NCBI GenBank assembly: GCA_964453435.1
Contig: CAYVQZ010000003.1
Span: 24,690 to 88,689, forward strand
Direction of reading: 5' to 3'
Length of the DNA stretch: 64,000 bases
DNA from: an uncultured bacterium
GTDB lineage: Bacteria > Abyssobacteria > SURF-5
Shown one piece after another: positions 1 to 9,451 of this stretch (its first letter is position 1; the number at the start of each line of letters is the position of its first letter). The position numbers and the translations under genes are program-made. The notes beneath the pieces were generated by a model. The model saw only the letters and a list, made by a program, of their open reading frames with translations. It did not search any database and was not told the origin of the DNA.

Positions 1-2
1 TG

Positions 3-983
3 ATGACAAGCGGCCTTGAGTTCCGTATTCCCGACGAGGACTTTCGGCTGGCCGTTCAGGGCGCAACGCGCATAGGCACGGTTTCCGATGCCTGCCGCCT
101 GCAGTTTTTGGAGTATTGTTCGTCGAGGCAGGTCGATTCACCCGAGGCGGTCGTCGTGCATAACGGTATCCACGTTCCGAGCGGCAACGATGCCGAAACG
201 GTAATGAAGGAGCCGGTCCAACTCCTTGCCATTGGCAACTTGGCCCCCCACAAAGGATACGATTTTCTCATCGAGGCGTTGGGTCTGCTCACATCCCGGG
301 CGCGCGGAGCCGAGCTGACTGTCCTCGGTGATGGAGACTCCCGGTATTTCGCAAGACTTTGGGAGAAGGCCGAAGACACGGGCGTTGCCGAACGCATACA
401 TTTTCTCACGGCTCAGGCAGACACGGGCGGCTGGACACAAGAAGCAGACATCGTAGTGAATCCGTCCGTCGTGGAGAATTTTAGTCTTTCCGTTGCCGAG
501 GCCATGGCATACGCCAAGCCAATCATTGCCACTGACGTCGGCGCAATCCGCGAATTCTTTGTGGATGGGGAGACGGGATTGATTGTGCCGCCGGCGAATC
601 CCGATGCTCTGGCGCAGGCAATTCTTCGATTTATGGAAGACCCCCGGTTCGCGCGTGAATGCGGAGAACGAGCCAGGGACCATATTGCCCGGAACTTTCC
701 TCTGTCAAAACAGGTCGAGCGGATGGAGCGGCATTATCTCGAACTGGCCGACACCGCCACCGGCAAAGATGTTGACTGTCTTCCGCTGCTTGTGGACGGT
801 CTGATTTCCGTAAGCGAGAAAATCGCCGAACTGGAAAATGAAATCGAACGTCGACACGCCTTTCTGTCCGAATACCTTGAGAACGTGGAACGGGACATCA
901 GGACGCTGGAGGGCGTCGTTGATAACTTGCTGCAGAAGTTTCCTCTGAGGCTATACCGGAAAATAACGCGGTTGTTCAAATGA
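3..983 (+). CDS. Glycosyltransferase, GT-B fold / family 4-like, 5'-truncated by window edge, with C-terminal coiled-coil tail
   Basis: The ORF runs off the left edge. The translation has the GT4 C-terminal half (NPSVVENFSLSVAEAMAYAKPIIATDVGAIREFFVDGETGLIV, E-x7-E region). The last ~65 aa are heptad-like (EKIAELENEIERRHAFLSEYLENVERDIRTLEG) and end in LYRKITRLFK. Confidence 0.85.
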   Translation: MTSGLEFRIPDEDFRLAVQGATRIGTVSDACRLQFLEYCSSRQVDSPEAVVVHNGIHVPSGNDAETVMKEPVQLLAIGNLAPHKGYDFLIEALGLLTSRARGAELTVLGDGDSRYFARLWEKAEDTGVAERIHFLTAQADTGGWTQEADIVVNPSVVENFSLSVAEAMAYAKPIIATDVGAIREFFVDGETGLIVPPANPDALAQAILRFMEDPRFARECGERARDHIARNFPLSKQVERMERHYLELADTATGKDVDCLPLLVDGLISVSEKIAELENEIERRHAFLSEYLENVERDIRTLEGVVDNLLQKFPLRLYRKITRLFK

Positions 984-1127
984 AGAACCTGATGCGTCGC
1001 GCATCCCGCGGCGACCCAAAGAGGGCGCAAACCGAGAGTATGAACAGACCAAAATCGGTTCGGATTCTCAACATTGCCGAAACGGTGACAGATAATCGAG
1101 CACGCTGTATGCCAGAAGGATAAAATC

Positions 1128-2471
1128 GTGAGAATCGGAATTGACGGAACTCTGCTTCATAGGAAGGTAACGGGCACGGAAAGATATATCCGGAACATTT
1201 TCTGGAGCCTGTGCCAGTTGGAGTCCGAGCACGAATTCGCTCTCTATAGCCGAACTCCTCTCTACTCTTCCAATGAGCTTCCCAAAAATGCGCAAGAGCG
1301 TTCGTTTCCGTCATCAATCGACATGGTGACGTCGGATTTCTTGCAAGATGAGGGCTGTGCGGTCGACCTCTACCACATGACATGGGTTGGAACACGGTTT
1401 GCGGATTTGCTTCCGCTGTATTTGGCGCCCGCATCGATGCTCACGGTGCTCGACCTGATGCTCTATCGGAATTCCTCCTATTTCGAGACCGACAATCTCC
1501 ACCAGGATTACCGACGACGGTGCGAACTTGCCATCGACCTCGCCGATTTTGTTGTCGCCATTTCACAGCACACAAAATCCGATGTTCTCGCCAATTTCGA
1601 TATCGAGCCGGACAAGGTCAAAGTGATTCTCTTGGCAAGCGACAGTCGATTCGGAAAACTCAATGACTCCCGGAGCATCGAGCGGGTCAAAAAGGAATAC
1701 GGAATCGACAAACCTTTTTTGTTCTATTTGGGGACAGATTACCCTCACAAAAATCACGAGAATCTCCTGTTGGCTTTTCGGTATCTCTTGAAAGAGCGGC
1801 GTCTGTCCGCGCAACTTGTGCTGGCAGGGGCCCGGCGATACTGTAAAGGCTCGGCTCACATAGAGCGTTTGATTTCCGAACTCCAACTGGGCAACCACCT
1901 TATATGGCTGGAGCACATAACGGATGAAGAACTGAATGTCCTGTATAATGCGGCAGAACTGTTTGTGTATCCTTCGCTGGATGAGGGATTTGGGATTCCC
2001 CTGCTCGAGGCGATGGCCTGCGGCACACCGGTGGTCGCTTCACGGGTCGCCTCCATGCCGGAAGTCGCCGGCGAGGCTGCCGTATACTTCGATCCCGCCG
2101 ACGTGAATGATATGGCGGCGGCAATAGAGCGGGTATGGTCTGACCCTGGTCTGAGACAGGAACTGGTCGAATTGGGCTACAGGCGGAATCGGGAATTCAC
2201 ATGGGAAAAGACCGCCCGGCAAACGCTTGCTCTCTATGAGGAAGCGAAACGGATTGTGAATGGCCGCCGCGACAGCTTTGCTACGGACGGCTATCTAACG
2301 AAGCTGATAGACGAAATGCTGAAGGAATACAAGAGGCTCGAGCAAGATCGCGCCAAATTGGAGAGGTCGCTCGAATTAAGAGAACGGCATTTGCGGATGC
2401 TTCTGGGGACAGGGGCTATTCAAACCTACCGCAAAGCCAGGGACACGATCCGAAGAATCACGGGACGCTGA
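1128..2471 (+). CDS. Glycosyltransferase family 4-like (GT-B) with C-terminal coiled-coil/basic tail
   Basis: GTG start. N-terminus is MRIGIDGTLLHRKVTGTERY. The donor-binding half has VYPSLDEGFGIPLLEAMACGTPVVASRVASMPEVAG. It is a paralogue of 7874..9241. The tail is LKEYKRLEQDRAKLERSLELRERHL...QTYRKARDTIRRITGR. Confidence 0.9.
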   Translation: MRIGIDGTLLHRKVTGTERYIRNIFWSLCQLESEHEFALYSRTPLYSSNELPKNAQERSFPSSIDMVTSDFLQDEGCAVDLYHMTWVGTRFADLLPLYLAPASMLTVLDLMLYRNSSYFETDNLHQDYRRRCELAIDLADFVVAISQHTKSDVLANFDIEPDKVKVILLASDSRFGKLNDSRSIERVKKEYGIDKPFLFYLGTDYPHKNHENLLLAFRYLLKERRLSAQLVLAGARRYCKGSAHIERLISELQLGNHLIWLEHITDEELNVLYNAAELFVYPSLDEGFGIPLLEAMACGTPVVASRVASMPEVAGEAAVYFDPADVNDMAAAIERVWSDPGLRQELVELGYRRNREFTWEKTARQTLALYEEAKRIVNGRRDSFATDGYLTKLIDEMLKEYKRLEQDRAKLERSLELRERHLRMLLGTGAIQTYRKARDTIRRITGR

Positions 2472-2478
2472 AAATAGA

Positions 2479-3762
2479 ATGCCGATTGATTCAACACAAC
2501 TTGGTTCGCCTCCGGCAAGCCTGGTCATCACCAATTACAACGGCCGCCGTTTTCTTGAGAAATACCTCCCGAGCGTTGTCGCGGCCGCTGACCGGTACCG
2601 GGGCGAAACAGAGATAATCGTGGCGGACGATTGCAGCACCGACGACAGCGTCGCCTTCTTGCAGAAACATTATCCCGAGGTTCGCATTGTTTTAAAAGAG
2701 AAAAACTGCGGCTTTTTAAAAAATGCCAATCACGGGGTGAATTGTGCACGACATAAAATTGTAATTCTCCTGAACAATGACGTCAAAACAGAGGAGGACT
2801 TCATATCGCCATTGATAACTCATTTCCAGGACCCAAATGTTTTTTCCGTGAATCCCAAAGGCATCTTGCCAAGACTCGGATATGCCAATGAAAGTTTCAC
2901 CCGTGCTATTTTCAGAAACGGTGTGTTGCACCGCCTGCAGATGGGTATTGAACGAGATGACGATGAATTCTACACCGAACCGCAACCGTGTCTTTATGCA
3001 TGCGGAGGATATGCGGCTTATGACAAGGAAAAATTCCTGCTTCTCGGGGGATTTGACGAACTTTTCGCCCCGAATTTTGCAGAAGACTTCGACCTCGGCT
3101 ACATGGCATGGAAGGCAGGCTGGGAAAATCTCTACGAACCAAGAAGCGTCGTCTACCACGAGAGCCACGCAACCGTGGGAGACGACCCCGCACGCGAGGT
3201 CAGAAATCACATTCTTATCACATGGAAAAACACCGACGATGTTCGGCTATGGCTAAAACACGTCATCTTCTTCGCAGCGATTCATTTCATCGCTGTCATC
3301 TCGCAGAACCCATTTGCCGCATTGCACGCAAGACAATTTCGCTCTGCGCTTTCTCGCTTTCCGACAGCTATGCGGAGCCGGCGGAAAAGGAAGAAGATTC
3401 CCACAAAAAAAACCGACCGAGACATCTTAACCGCGCTGTCTGCTCCTCCTCGCGGGAAAGCGCGCTACCAAAACGCAGTTTATCACGGTCAGAAGCTTGG
3501 TACCCGCCAGGTCGGGAATTTGCTTAGGGAACAAGGTCCCTCAAAGAGCGCGATTACGGAGACTCTGAAACCACAATGGTCAGAATGGCTCGCGACATAT
3601 GCCGGAGACTATGAAGCTCGACTTGAACTCTTTCGCGCTCTTCGAAACGAGAAACAGCAGAGAGAAAGATACCTCAAAAGCCTTTTGGGAGAGCGACTAC
3701 TTCGCACCTATAAATTTTGGAAGCATAATCTTAGGAGAGTTTTGGACCTGATGAAGGCTTGA
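2479..3762 (+). CDS. Glycosyltransferase family 2 (GT-A) with long C-terminal extension ending in coiled-coil/basic tail
   Basis: N-terminal GT2 signature (LVITNYNGRRFLEKYLPSVV...IIVADDCSTDDS...LLNNDV) and a DxD-like FAEDFDLGY. The C-terminal ~150 aa are not GT2-like: a basic stretch RSRRKRKKIPTKK, then ARLELFRALRNEKQQRERYLKSLLGERLLRTYKFWKHNLRRV. Confidence 0.9.
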   Translation: MPIDSTQLGSPPASLVITNYNGRRFLEKYLPSVVAAADRYRGETEIIVADDCSTDDSVAFLQKHYPEVRIVLKEKNCGFLKNANHGVNCARHKIVILLNNDVKTEEDFISPLITHFQDPNVFSVNPKGILPRLGYANESFTRAIFRNGVLHRLQMGIERDDDEFYTEPQPCLYACGGYAAYDKEKFLLLGGFDELFAPNFAEDFDLGYMAWKAGWENLYEPRSVVYHESHATVGDDPAREVRNHILITWKNTDDVRLWLKHVIFFAAIHFIAVISQNPFAALHARQFRSALSRFPTAMRSRRKRKKIPTKKTDRDILTALSAPPRGKARYQNAVYHGQKLGTRQVGNLLREQGPSKSAITETLKPQWSEWLATYAGDYEARLELFRALRNEKQQRERYLKSLLGERLLRTYKFWKHNLRRVLDLMKA

Positions 3763-3802
3763 TACAGACCGGCAGGGCTTGCTTCACGGAGTAAGAAAAC
3801 AA

Positions 3803-6058
3803 TTAAAAATAGCCAACAGCCCGTAACTGTTTCCTTAACTCTTCGTCGAGTTCCGTATTCTGATGTTTCTGCTTTCTGTATCTCTTGCTTTCCGCAGCGA
3901 AATCATGAATAGTTGAAAGCATTTCCTCCGCTCTCTCCTCGCCAATGCGGTTGACAGTCTCTGTGGGATCAAGGTGCAAATTATATAACTCGTCTCGGCG
4001 CTCGTCCAGGTTTGTGTGAAGATATGGTTTGATTGAATCTGCATAATGGATATAAACGTAAGAGTTGCGGTACAACGCCACAATGCCCAGTTCCGGCTGT
4101 TCAGTGACAATATCCCGCATCGAACCCATCGCCTTCGCTTTGGTATCGAAGGCGGAAACACCCTGAAATGTTTCCGGGACTGGCAAGCCACAAATATCGA
4201 GGATTGTGGGTGCAATATCAAGAGAGCTTATCCTCTCTTCGGTATATGCGCTGGTTCTCTCCGAAGAACCCGCCGGCAGCTTGAATATGAGAGGGACTCG
4301 CACCTGTTCTTCATAAGGGATATTTCGGTGATACCATGCAGTGAAATCCGAATCATGCACTTCGCCGAACGATTCTCCATGATCGGATGTGAAAACTATC
4401 AATGTATCGCGATACAACCCTTTGGATTTAAGATGGACCAAGAATTCCTCCAATTCTTTGTCGGTCACACTGACGGCTCCGTTATAGAGATTTTTAATAA
4501 ACTTGGAATCTGCTTCGCTGATATCATATTCTCTCAAATTAAAGCCTAACTTCTGCAATACTTTGCCGAAATTTGACATCCTGAACATTCCCTTGTAATC
4601 ATTATCGGAATACAGTTTGTGGTGGTCCCTCACGGCAACGTAATCATGTACCTCATAAGTATGGAGAAAGAGAAAGTGGCGAGTTTCTTCGTGATCGTTT
4701 ATCCAATGCCTAGCCCGATCGAAAATCTCCTTTGCCTCATTGGCTTTTCCCCCGATGTGTCGCTCATAATACGAATCAAACCCTTTGGAAAAGCCAAATC
4801 GAGACGAAATCCAGAGGTCCCCGGTAAACGCTGCGGTTGCATAATCGAAGCTCTGAAATATCTCCGAAAGGGTTGTCAAAGGAAATTCTCGCACTTCCAA
4901 GTTTGCATCATTTATACCGTGATAAGAGGGGTATAAAGAGGTCATTATGGACATGTGAGATGGCAATGTCCAAGTAGCAGGCGCAACTACATTCTTGAAA
5001 AGTATTCCGTCTTTTGCGAGCGCATCGATTCCCGGGGTCGACCTGAAGTGACCATACGCTCCGACATGGTCCGCCCGCAGCGTATCGATGGATATAAGTA
5101 TCACATTCGGGAACGTGGCATCGTTCCGGGCTACCATACGGGGCTGTGTGAATGCAATAAGGTATCCCGGCTCGAGCCAAGGGGGTTCCAAGCATTGCTT
5201 AAGTTTCTGCATCAATTCCACCGGCCTGCACTCAACTTCCACCGTCATTTCCTCTTCGCTCTCCAGACCGAGACCAAAGCGTACTTCTTGCCATGTATCG
5301 ACCATCTGGACTGACGCAGACTTTTTCTCGATGACATTGCCCCCCTCGTCTCTCAGGGTAATACTAACACGAAAATGCTTCTCCCAATCATCCAGAAAAT
5401 CTACAGGACCGACCGCGAGACAAAGCTTTCCTCCCGGGAGCGGCTTAATCTTCTTCGGAAACTTGTATGGCAGGCTTGGATGCCACGGAACCGCCCGCCG
5501 CGTTACATGGTCAATCGTCAAGTTAGCCCATTGTCCGGATTGTTTGTAAGCACGACGATATGATAGTTGATGCACATATAAGAGAAGCACGACGCCGACC
5601 AGAATCAAAAAGAGTCGGCCGCCGGAAAATACATGTTTGCGTTGGCCTGCATCCCACAAGACCTTTGCCAGCGCCACTCCTTGAGCTGCGAGAAACAAGA
5701 GGGAAACGAGAAGCGCCATGTGGCGGAAGCTGCTCTGCCAATCAAAGAACAGAATCTGCCTCGCCAAGGGATACAAGAAAAAAACGACTAGGCTGGCAAA
5801 GGGGAGTGAAAAAGATTTCCGCACTCCCTCCCTCGATTTGGCAAGCAAGTGTGCGAGGACAAAAGATTGCACCTCCCATATTAGATGCGCCGCAAGCGCG
5901 AAAAGAGCCATAAGAATGAGAAGTCGAACGTTTATGAGAGAATCAAAGCCACGCTCGAATTTGCGAAACTGAACGAAAAATCCCACTCCGCACCCGCCGA
6001 GAGCGGTCAAGAGAAAATAATAGGATCCAACCCCCTTTCGCTCTTTCGCCAAACGCAT
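3803..6058 (-). CDS. Membrane-anchored sulfatase-fold (alkaline-phosphatase superfamily) protein, Thr-type, paralogue P1
   Basis: 751 aa. The N-terminal ~170 aa have about five hydrophobic segments. The C-terminal half has sulfatase-family blocks (ISIDTLRADHVGAYGH, VFTSDHGESFG), but the signature reads WTLPSHMSIMTSLYPSYHG instead of C/S-x-P-x-R. The protein ends in LRAVGYF. Confidence 0.85.
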   Translation of the reverse strand: MRLAKERKGVGSYYFLLTALGGCGVGFFVQFRKFERGFDSLINVRLLILMALFALAAHLIWEVQSFVLAHLLAKSREGVRKSFSLPFASLVVFFLYPLARQILFFDWQSSFRHMALLVSLLFLAAQGVALAKVLWDAGQRKHVFSGGRLFLILVGVVLLLYVHQLSYRRAYKQSGQWANLTIDHVTRRAVPWHPSLPYKFPKKIKPLPGGKLCLAVGPVDFLDDWEKHFRVSITLRDEGGNVIEKKSASVQMVDTWQEVRFGLGLESEEEMTVEVECRPVELMQKLKQCLEPPWLEPGYLIAFTQPRMVARNDATFPNVILISIDTLRADHVGAYGHFRSTPGIDALAKDGILFKNVVAPATWTLPSHMSIMTSLYPSYHGINDANLEVREFPLTTLSEIFQSFDYATAAFTGDLWISSRFGFSKGFDSYYERHIGGKANEAKEIFDRARHWINDHEETRHFLFLHTYEVHDYVAVRDHHKLYSDNDYKGMFRMSNFGKVLQKLGFNLREYDISEADSKFIKNLYNGAVSVTDKELEEFLVHLKSKGLYRDTLIVFTSDHGESFGEVHDSDFTAWYHRNIPYEEQVRVPLIFKLPAGSSERTSAYTEERISSLDIAPTILDICGLPVPETFQGVSAFDTKAKAMGSMRDIVTEQPELGIVALYRNSYVYIHYADSIKPYLHTNLDERRDELYNLHLDPTETVNRIGEERAEEMLSTIHDFAAESKRYRKQKHQNTELDEELRKQLRAVGYF

Positions 6059-6342
6059 CCTCCCGTCTCTATTTCTTCCTCATACTGCCTATCATGAAAG
6101 AGGATATGGTCAAATTGGAAAACGCAATGTCAAAAGGTCATGTTGGTGCGACAGCCAGCTATTGGCTTCAGTACTATACGTGCGGGACTCTATTTTTTTC
6201 CTGCTCTGTGAAACCGTATAGGACAGGTTGTTACGACCCGCGTAATTCATGCTTTGACAATGCGGTCATTTTTCAAATTGGTTTGAATGGGATAAAAATC
6301 TGCTCTCAGCATGACTTAACAAAAGAAAGCAGGAGCCTTTGC

Positions 6343-7371
6343 CTAAAAAACGCTTTTAATCCTTGCAAGTGTCTCTTCCATTTGCACAAGCAGTGTCATC
6401 CACTCGATATTATAATAGCGTGGATTCAAAAAATCGGTAAAACCATGCTCCAAGACCCGCTCGACCATATTTTCGGCTGATTCCTTCACCGGCATGGTTG
6501 GCTTGAAGCCGAGCACTGTTTCAATCTTCTGTCCGGTAACTCTATAACTCCGAGCTTTATAATGTGAATAGTCCACATTGATATCGAGTTTCACTCTGTG
6601 TTTGAGTGCCTCGCGTGTATAATGCGCAAGTTCCAAAATGCGGTAGTTTTTGAAAACAAGATTAAAAATTTGTCCTCTTACCTTGTCTTCCGGTGCCTCG
6701 ACGCAGCAGATGTGTGCCTTAGCAACGTCGGTCACATCAACTAATGGACGCCACATTTCTCCGCCGCAAAATACCGTGAGCGTCCCCTTTGTGAGCGCAT
6801 CCTTTACAAATGTGTTCACCACAAGGTCGTACCTCATGCGCGGACTGAACCCATAGACCGTCCCCTGTCTCAGGATTACCGGACAAAAATTTTCGTCGCA
6901 CAAATCGAGCAACATTTTCTCTGCCTCATAGTTTGAAATCGCATAGGCAGCCCGTGGTGCGACCTGAGCGTTTTCGTCATAGAGCAGGTCTTCGGCGAAT
7001 AGGCCGCGGTCATAAATCGAGCATGTTGAAGCAAACGTGAACCGCCTTATCCCCCGTTCCTTGCACGCTTTTGCGAGAACACCAGTGGCCACCGCATTCA
7101 TCTCGTGATTTGCGCTCGGGTTGAATTCGGCGGTAGGGTCATTAGATAAGCCGGCGAGGTGAACCACGGAGTCGATACCGTCAAGCCACTTCGGTTCGAT
7201 ATACCTGATGTCCCCTTGGACCAGGTCGATTTTGTCCCTGCAATCTTTCAGGCCTTCGTCGCCAAAGTAAAGCTTGTCCACTACCCTCACGGCCTCCCCT
7301 TTGGCAAGAAACTCCGCCACTAAAACACATCCAATATATCCCGCACCGCCAGTTACCAAGATCATAATCAA
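6343..7371 (-). CDS. NAD-dependent epimerase/dehydratase (extended SDR) for nucleotide-sugar modification
   Basis: N-terminal Rossmann motif ILVTGGAGYIGCVLV. Catalytic Y-x3-K is in AYAISNYEAEK. The 342 aa length is typical of UDP-sugar 4-epimerase/dehydratase-like SDRs. Confidence 0.85.
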   Translation of the reverse strand: MIMILVTGGAGYIGCVLVAEFLAKGEAVRVVDKLYFGDEGLKDCRDKIDLVQGDIRYIEPKWLDGIDSVVHLAGLSNDPTAEFNPSANHEMNAVATGVLAKACKERGIRRFTFASTCSIYDRGLFAEDLLYDENAQVAPRAAYAISNYEAEKMLLDLCDENFCPVILRQGTVYGFSPRMRYDLVVNTFVKDALTKGTLTVFCGGEMWRPLVDVTDVAKAHICCVEAPEDKVRGQIFNLVFKNYRILELAHYTREALKHRVKLDINVDYSHYKARSYRVTGQKIETVLGFKPTMPVKESAENMVERVLEHGFTDFLNPRYYNIEWMTLLVQMEETLARIKSVF

Positions 7372-7873
7372 GCCTCTATTTGCTTTTTCCTACTCGCCGA
7401 GGTTTTTTCATCTGCTTTTTTTCCAAAGCATATTCATCGCCATAACATGCCGGAAAATTTTATTAAACCAATTTGCGCTCACTTTAGCAGATAAATAAAG
7501 AAAAGTCAAAGATCTGTGATGGCAAAGCATGTTTCTTGAAATCAACATTTTTGACAGCCACTGCTTACCTCGGCCATCCTTGCCCGAACTCATGAATGAA
7601 TCGTGAAGATTCGGACTGTGGCAATATGGCGAACTCTTGCGCATCGAGAGCTTAACGGGTGGAATTGGGGGAAAAAATCATATAGAATAAAGCACACCAA
7701 TGGCCAGGTCCTGCGGCAGAAATCATTCATCCTCAATGCAAGTGTATTTATTAAAATGAATTCCGAGAAGGACCTCTCGCTGATTGTGGTAACGGTCACA
7801 TCCCGCAAGCGAAGCCGCAACTCTCGGACCGCGCCTTTTTTACAACGTCGTTAGACAAGAGGGGAAAAGTTCC

Positions 7874-9241
7874 ATGAAAGTCGGGATCGATGGAAGACTC
7901 TTATTCAGGAACATAACCGGCCAGGAGCGATATGTATGGAACCTGTGTAGCCATTTAAAGAATAGCCCTGGTGCCACGTTTGTGCTCTACACCACCAGTC
8001 CCTTTCCGCAAATCGAACAATTGCGGCCACGTTTTTCGGAAAGCGTTATAGGTGTTGGACCAAAACTCGCCGGTCGAGTTCTCTCCTGTGAGGAAAACAT
8101 CGACCTCTATCACCTCTGTTGGCCGGGCTACACGGTTATGGACAGCTTGCTGCTTCTCCTGATGCCTCGATCCATATACACCCCGCATGACCTTGTTCAA
8201 TATAAGAACCCACAGTATTTCCCGAGCCGATTCGCCCATGAGCGATACAGGCAGATGATTAGCCTGAGTTGCCGCTGGGCGGATAAGGTCATAACTGTCT
8301 CAAACCACTCGAGGCGCGACATCATTGAAACGCTGAAGATTCCTCCTGATAAAGTGAAGGTGATTTATGAAGGGGTGGACCCGAAATTCAAAGTCATCGA
8401 CGACAGGAGCAAGCTCGAGAAGGTTCGCAAGAAGTTCGAACTAAAGGGGAGGTTGATCTTTAATCTGGCAACTGATTATCCACACAAAAACGCCGGAAAT
8501 CTCATACGCGCCTTCAGCGAACTGTCACGGACAGAAGATGAACCGCTCGAGCTCATTATCGCAGGCCAGCGTTATGACCGGAAAGGGTCCGAGGAGATCA
8601 GCCGATTACTCGAGGAGGTTCCTTATCGCGAGAATATTCGGTGGCTCAATCATCTGGCCGACGACGACATCCTGTCGCTTTACAATATCGCCGATGTGTT
8701 CGTGAACCCTTCGCTGTTCGAGGGATTCGGGCTTACGGTGCTCGAGGCGATGGCCTGCGGCGCGCCGGTAGTGGTTTCCGACGCCACCTCGCTTCCGGAG
8801 GTGGCCGGTGACGCCGCGCTGACTGTAGATGCCCGCGATGTTGAAGAAATCGTTCAGGCAGTCAAGGAGCTGCTGCACAATCCCCTTTTGCGAAACAGCC
8901 TCATCGAGAAAGGCTTCAAACAAGTCGAACGATTCAGTTGGGAAAGAACAGCGAGAGAAACCCAGAGCGTATATGAAGACGTTTGCCGAACGACTCCCGC
9001 CCGTGGAACCGACGGACTGCCCGAACCAATGAAGCAATGGCTCCGCCGACATCTGGTCGTGGCCGCGGGGATGGAGGAAGAAATCGGCGTCTTAAGCGCT
9101 CGGATTGACCGTATCGACGCCAGGCTGGCCAGGCTTCGGGCATCCGTCCCCGGCCAAATGTACAGAACCGCGCGGCGCGCGGTTCGCCGAAGCAAGAACG
9201 ACGGTTCCGAGAGCCCGGCGAATAACAAAACGAGGGAATGA
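7874..9241 (+). CDS. Glycosyltransferase family 4-like (GT-B) with C-terminal coiled-coil/basic tail
   Basis: N-terminus is MKVGIDGRLLFRNITGQERY. The donor-binding half has VNPSLFEGFGLTVLEAMACGAPVVVSDATSLPEVAG. It is a paralogue of 1128..2471. The tail is EEEIGVLSARIDRIDARLARLRASVPGQMYRTARRAVRRS. Confidence 0.9.
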   Translation: MKVGIDGRLLFRNITGQERYVWNLCSHLKNSPGATFVLYTTSPFPQIEQLRPRFSESVIGVGPKLAGRVLSCEENIDLYHLCWPGYTVMDSLLLLLMPRSIYTPHDLVQYKNPQYFPSRFAHERYRQMISLSCRWADKVITVSNHSRRDIIETLKIPPDKVKVIYEGVDPKFKVIDDRSKLEKVRKKFELKGRLIFNLATDYPHKNAGNLIRAFSELSRTEDEPLELIIAGQRYDRKGSEEISRLLEEVPYRENIRWLNHLADDDILSLYNIADVFVNPSLFEGFGLTVLEAMACGAPVVVSDATSLPEVAGDAALTVDARDVEEIVQAVKELLHNPLLRNSLIEKGFKQVERFSWERTARETQSVYEDVCRTTPARGTDGLPEPMKQWLRRHLVVAAGMEEEIGVLSARIDRIDARLARLRASVPGQMYRTARRAVRRSKNDGSESPANNKTRE

Positions 9242-9367
9242 AATCCCATGAGCAGGTCGAAGGCGCTGTCGCTGATTGTCTCGCTTCTTTCGGTTCGGGC
9301 CGGTCTCATTTCCCACGCGCGTGAGAATACTTAGGACAGTTGGGTGTGGTCAGCCGCGGAATATTCA

Positions 9368-9397
9368 TTGACATCCACATTTCGCGTTGAGTAGAAT
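9368..9397 (+). promoter_or_regulatory. Candidate sigma-70-type promoter for P2
   Basis: TTGACA (9368-9373), an 18-nt spacer, then TAGAAT (9392-9397). This lies ~55 nt upstream of the ATG at 9452. It is a pattern match only. Confidence 0.4.
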
Positions 9398-9451
9398 TTT
9401 TTTGCTGAAAAGCATTGAGAAAGGCACATCGAAAGGCCGGAGCTTTTTTCG

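Noticed and set aside
6094-6480. Cys-rich 128-aa plus-strand ORF between P1 and the epimerase
   Set aside because: Its 3' third overlaps the epimerase gene on the opposite strand. It has no RBS and no recognisable fold, and it lies in an AT-rich promoter region. It is probably spurious, though a small secreted peptide cannot be excluded from sequence alone.
7627-7640. Sigma-54-like TGGCGA-N4-TTGC
   Set aside because: The GG-to-GC spacing is one nucleotide short of the -24/-12 geometry, which is normally invariant.
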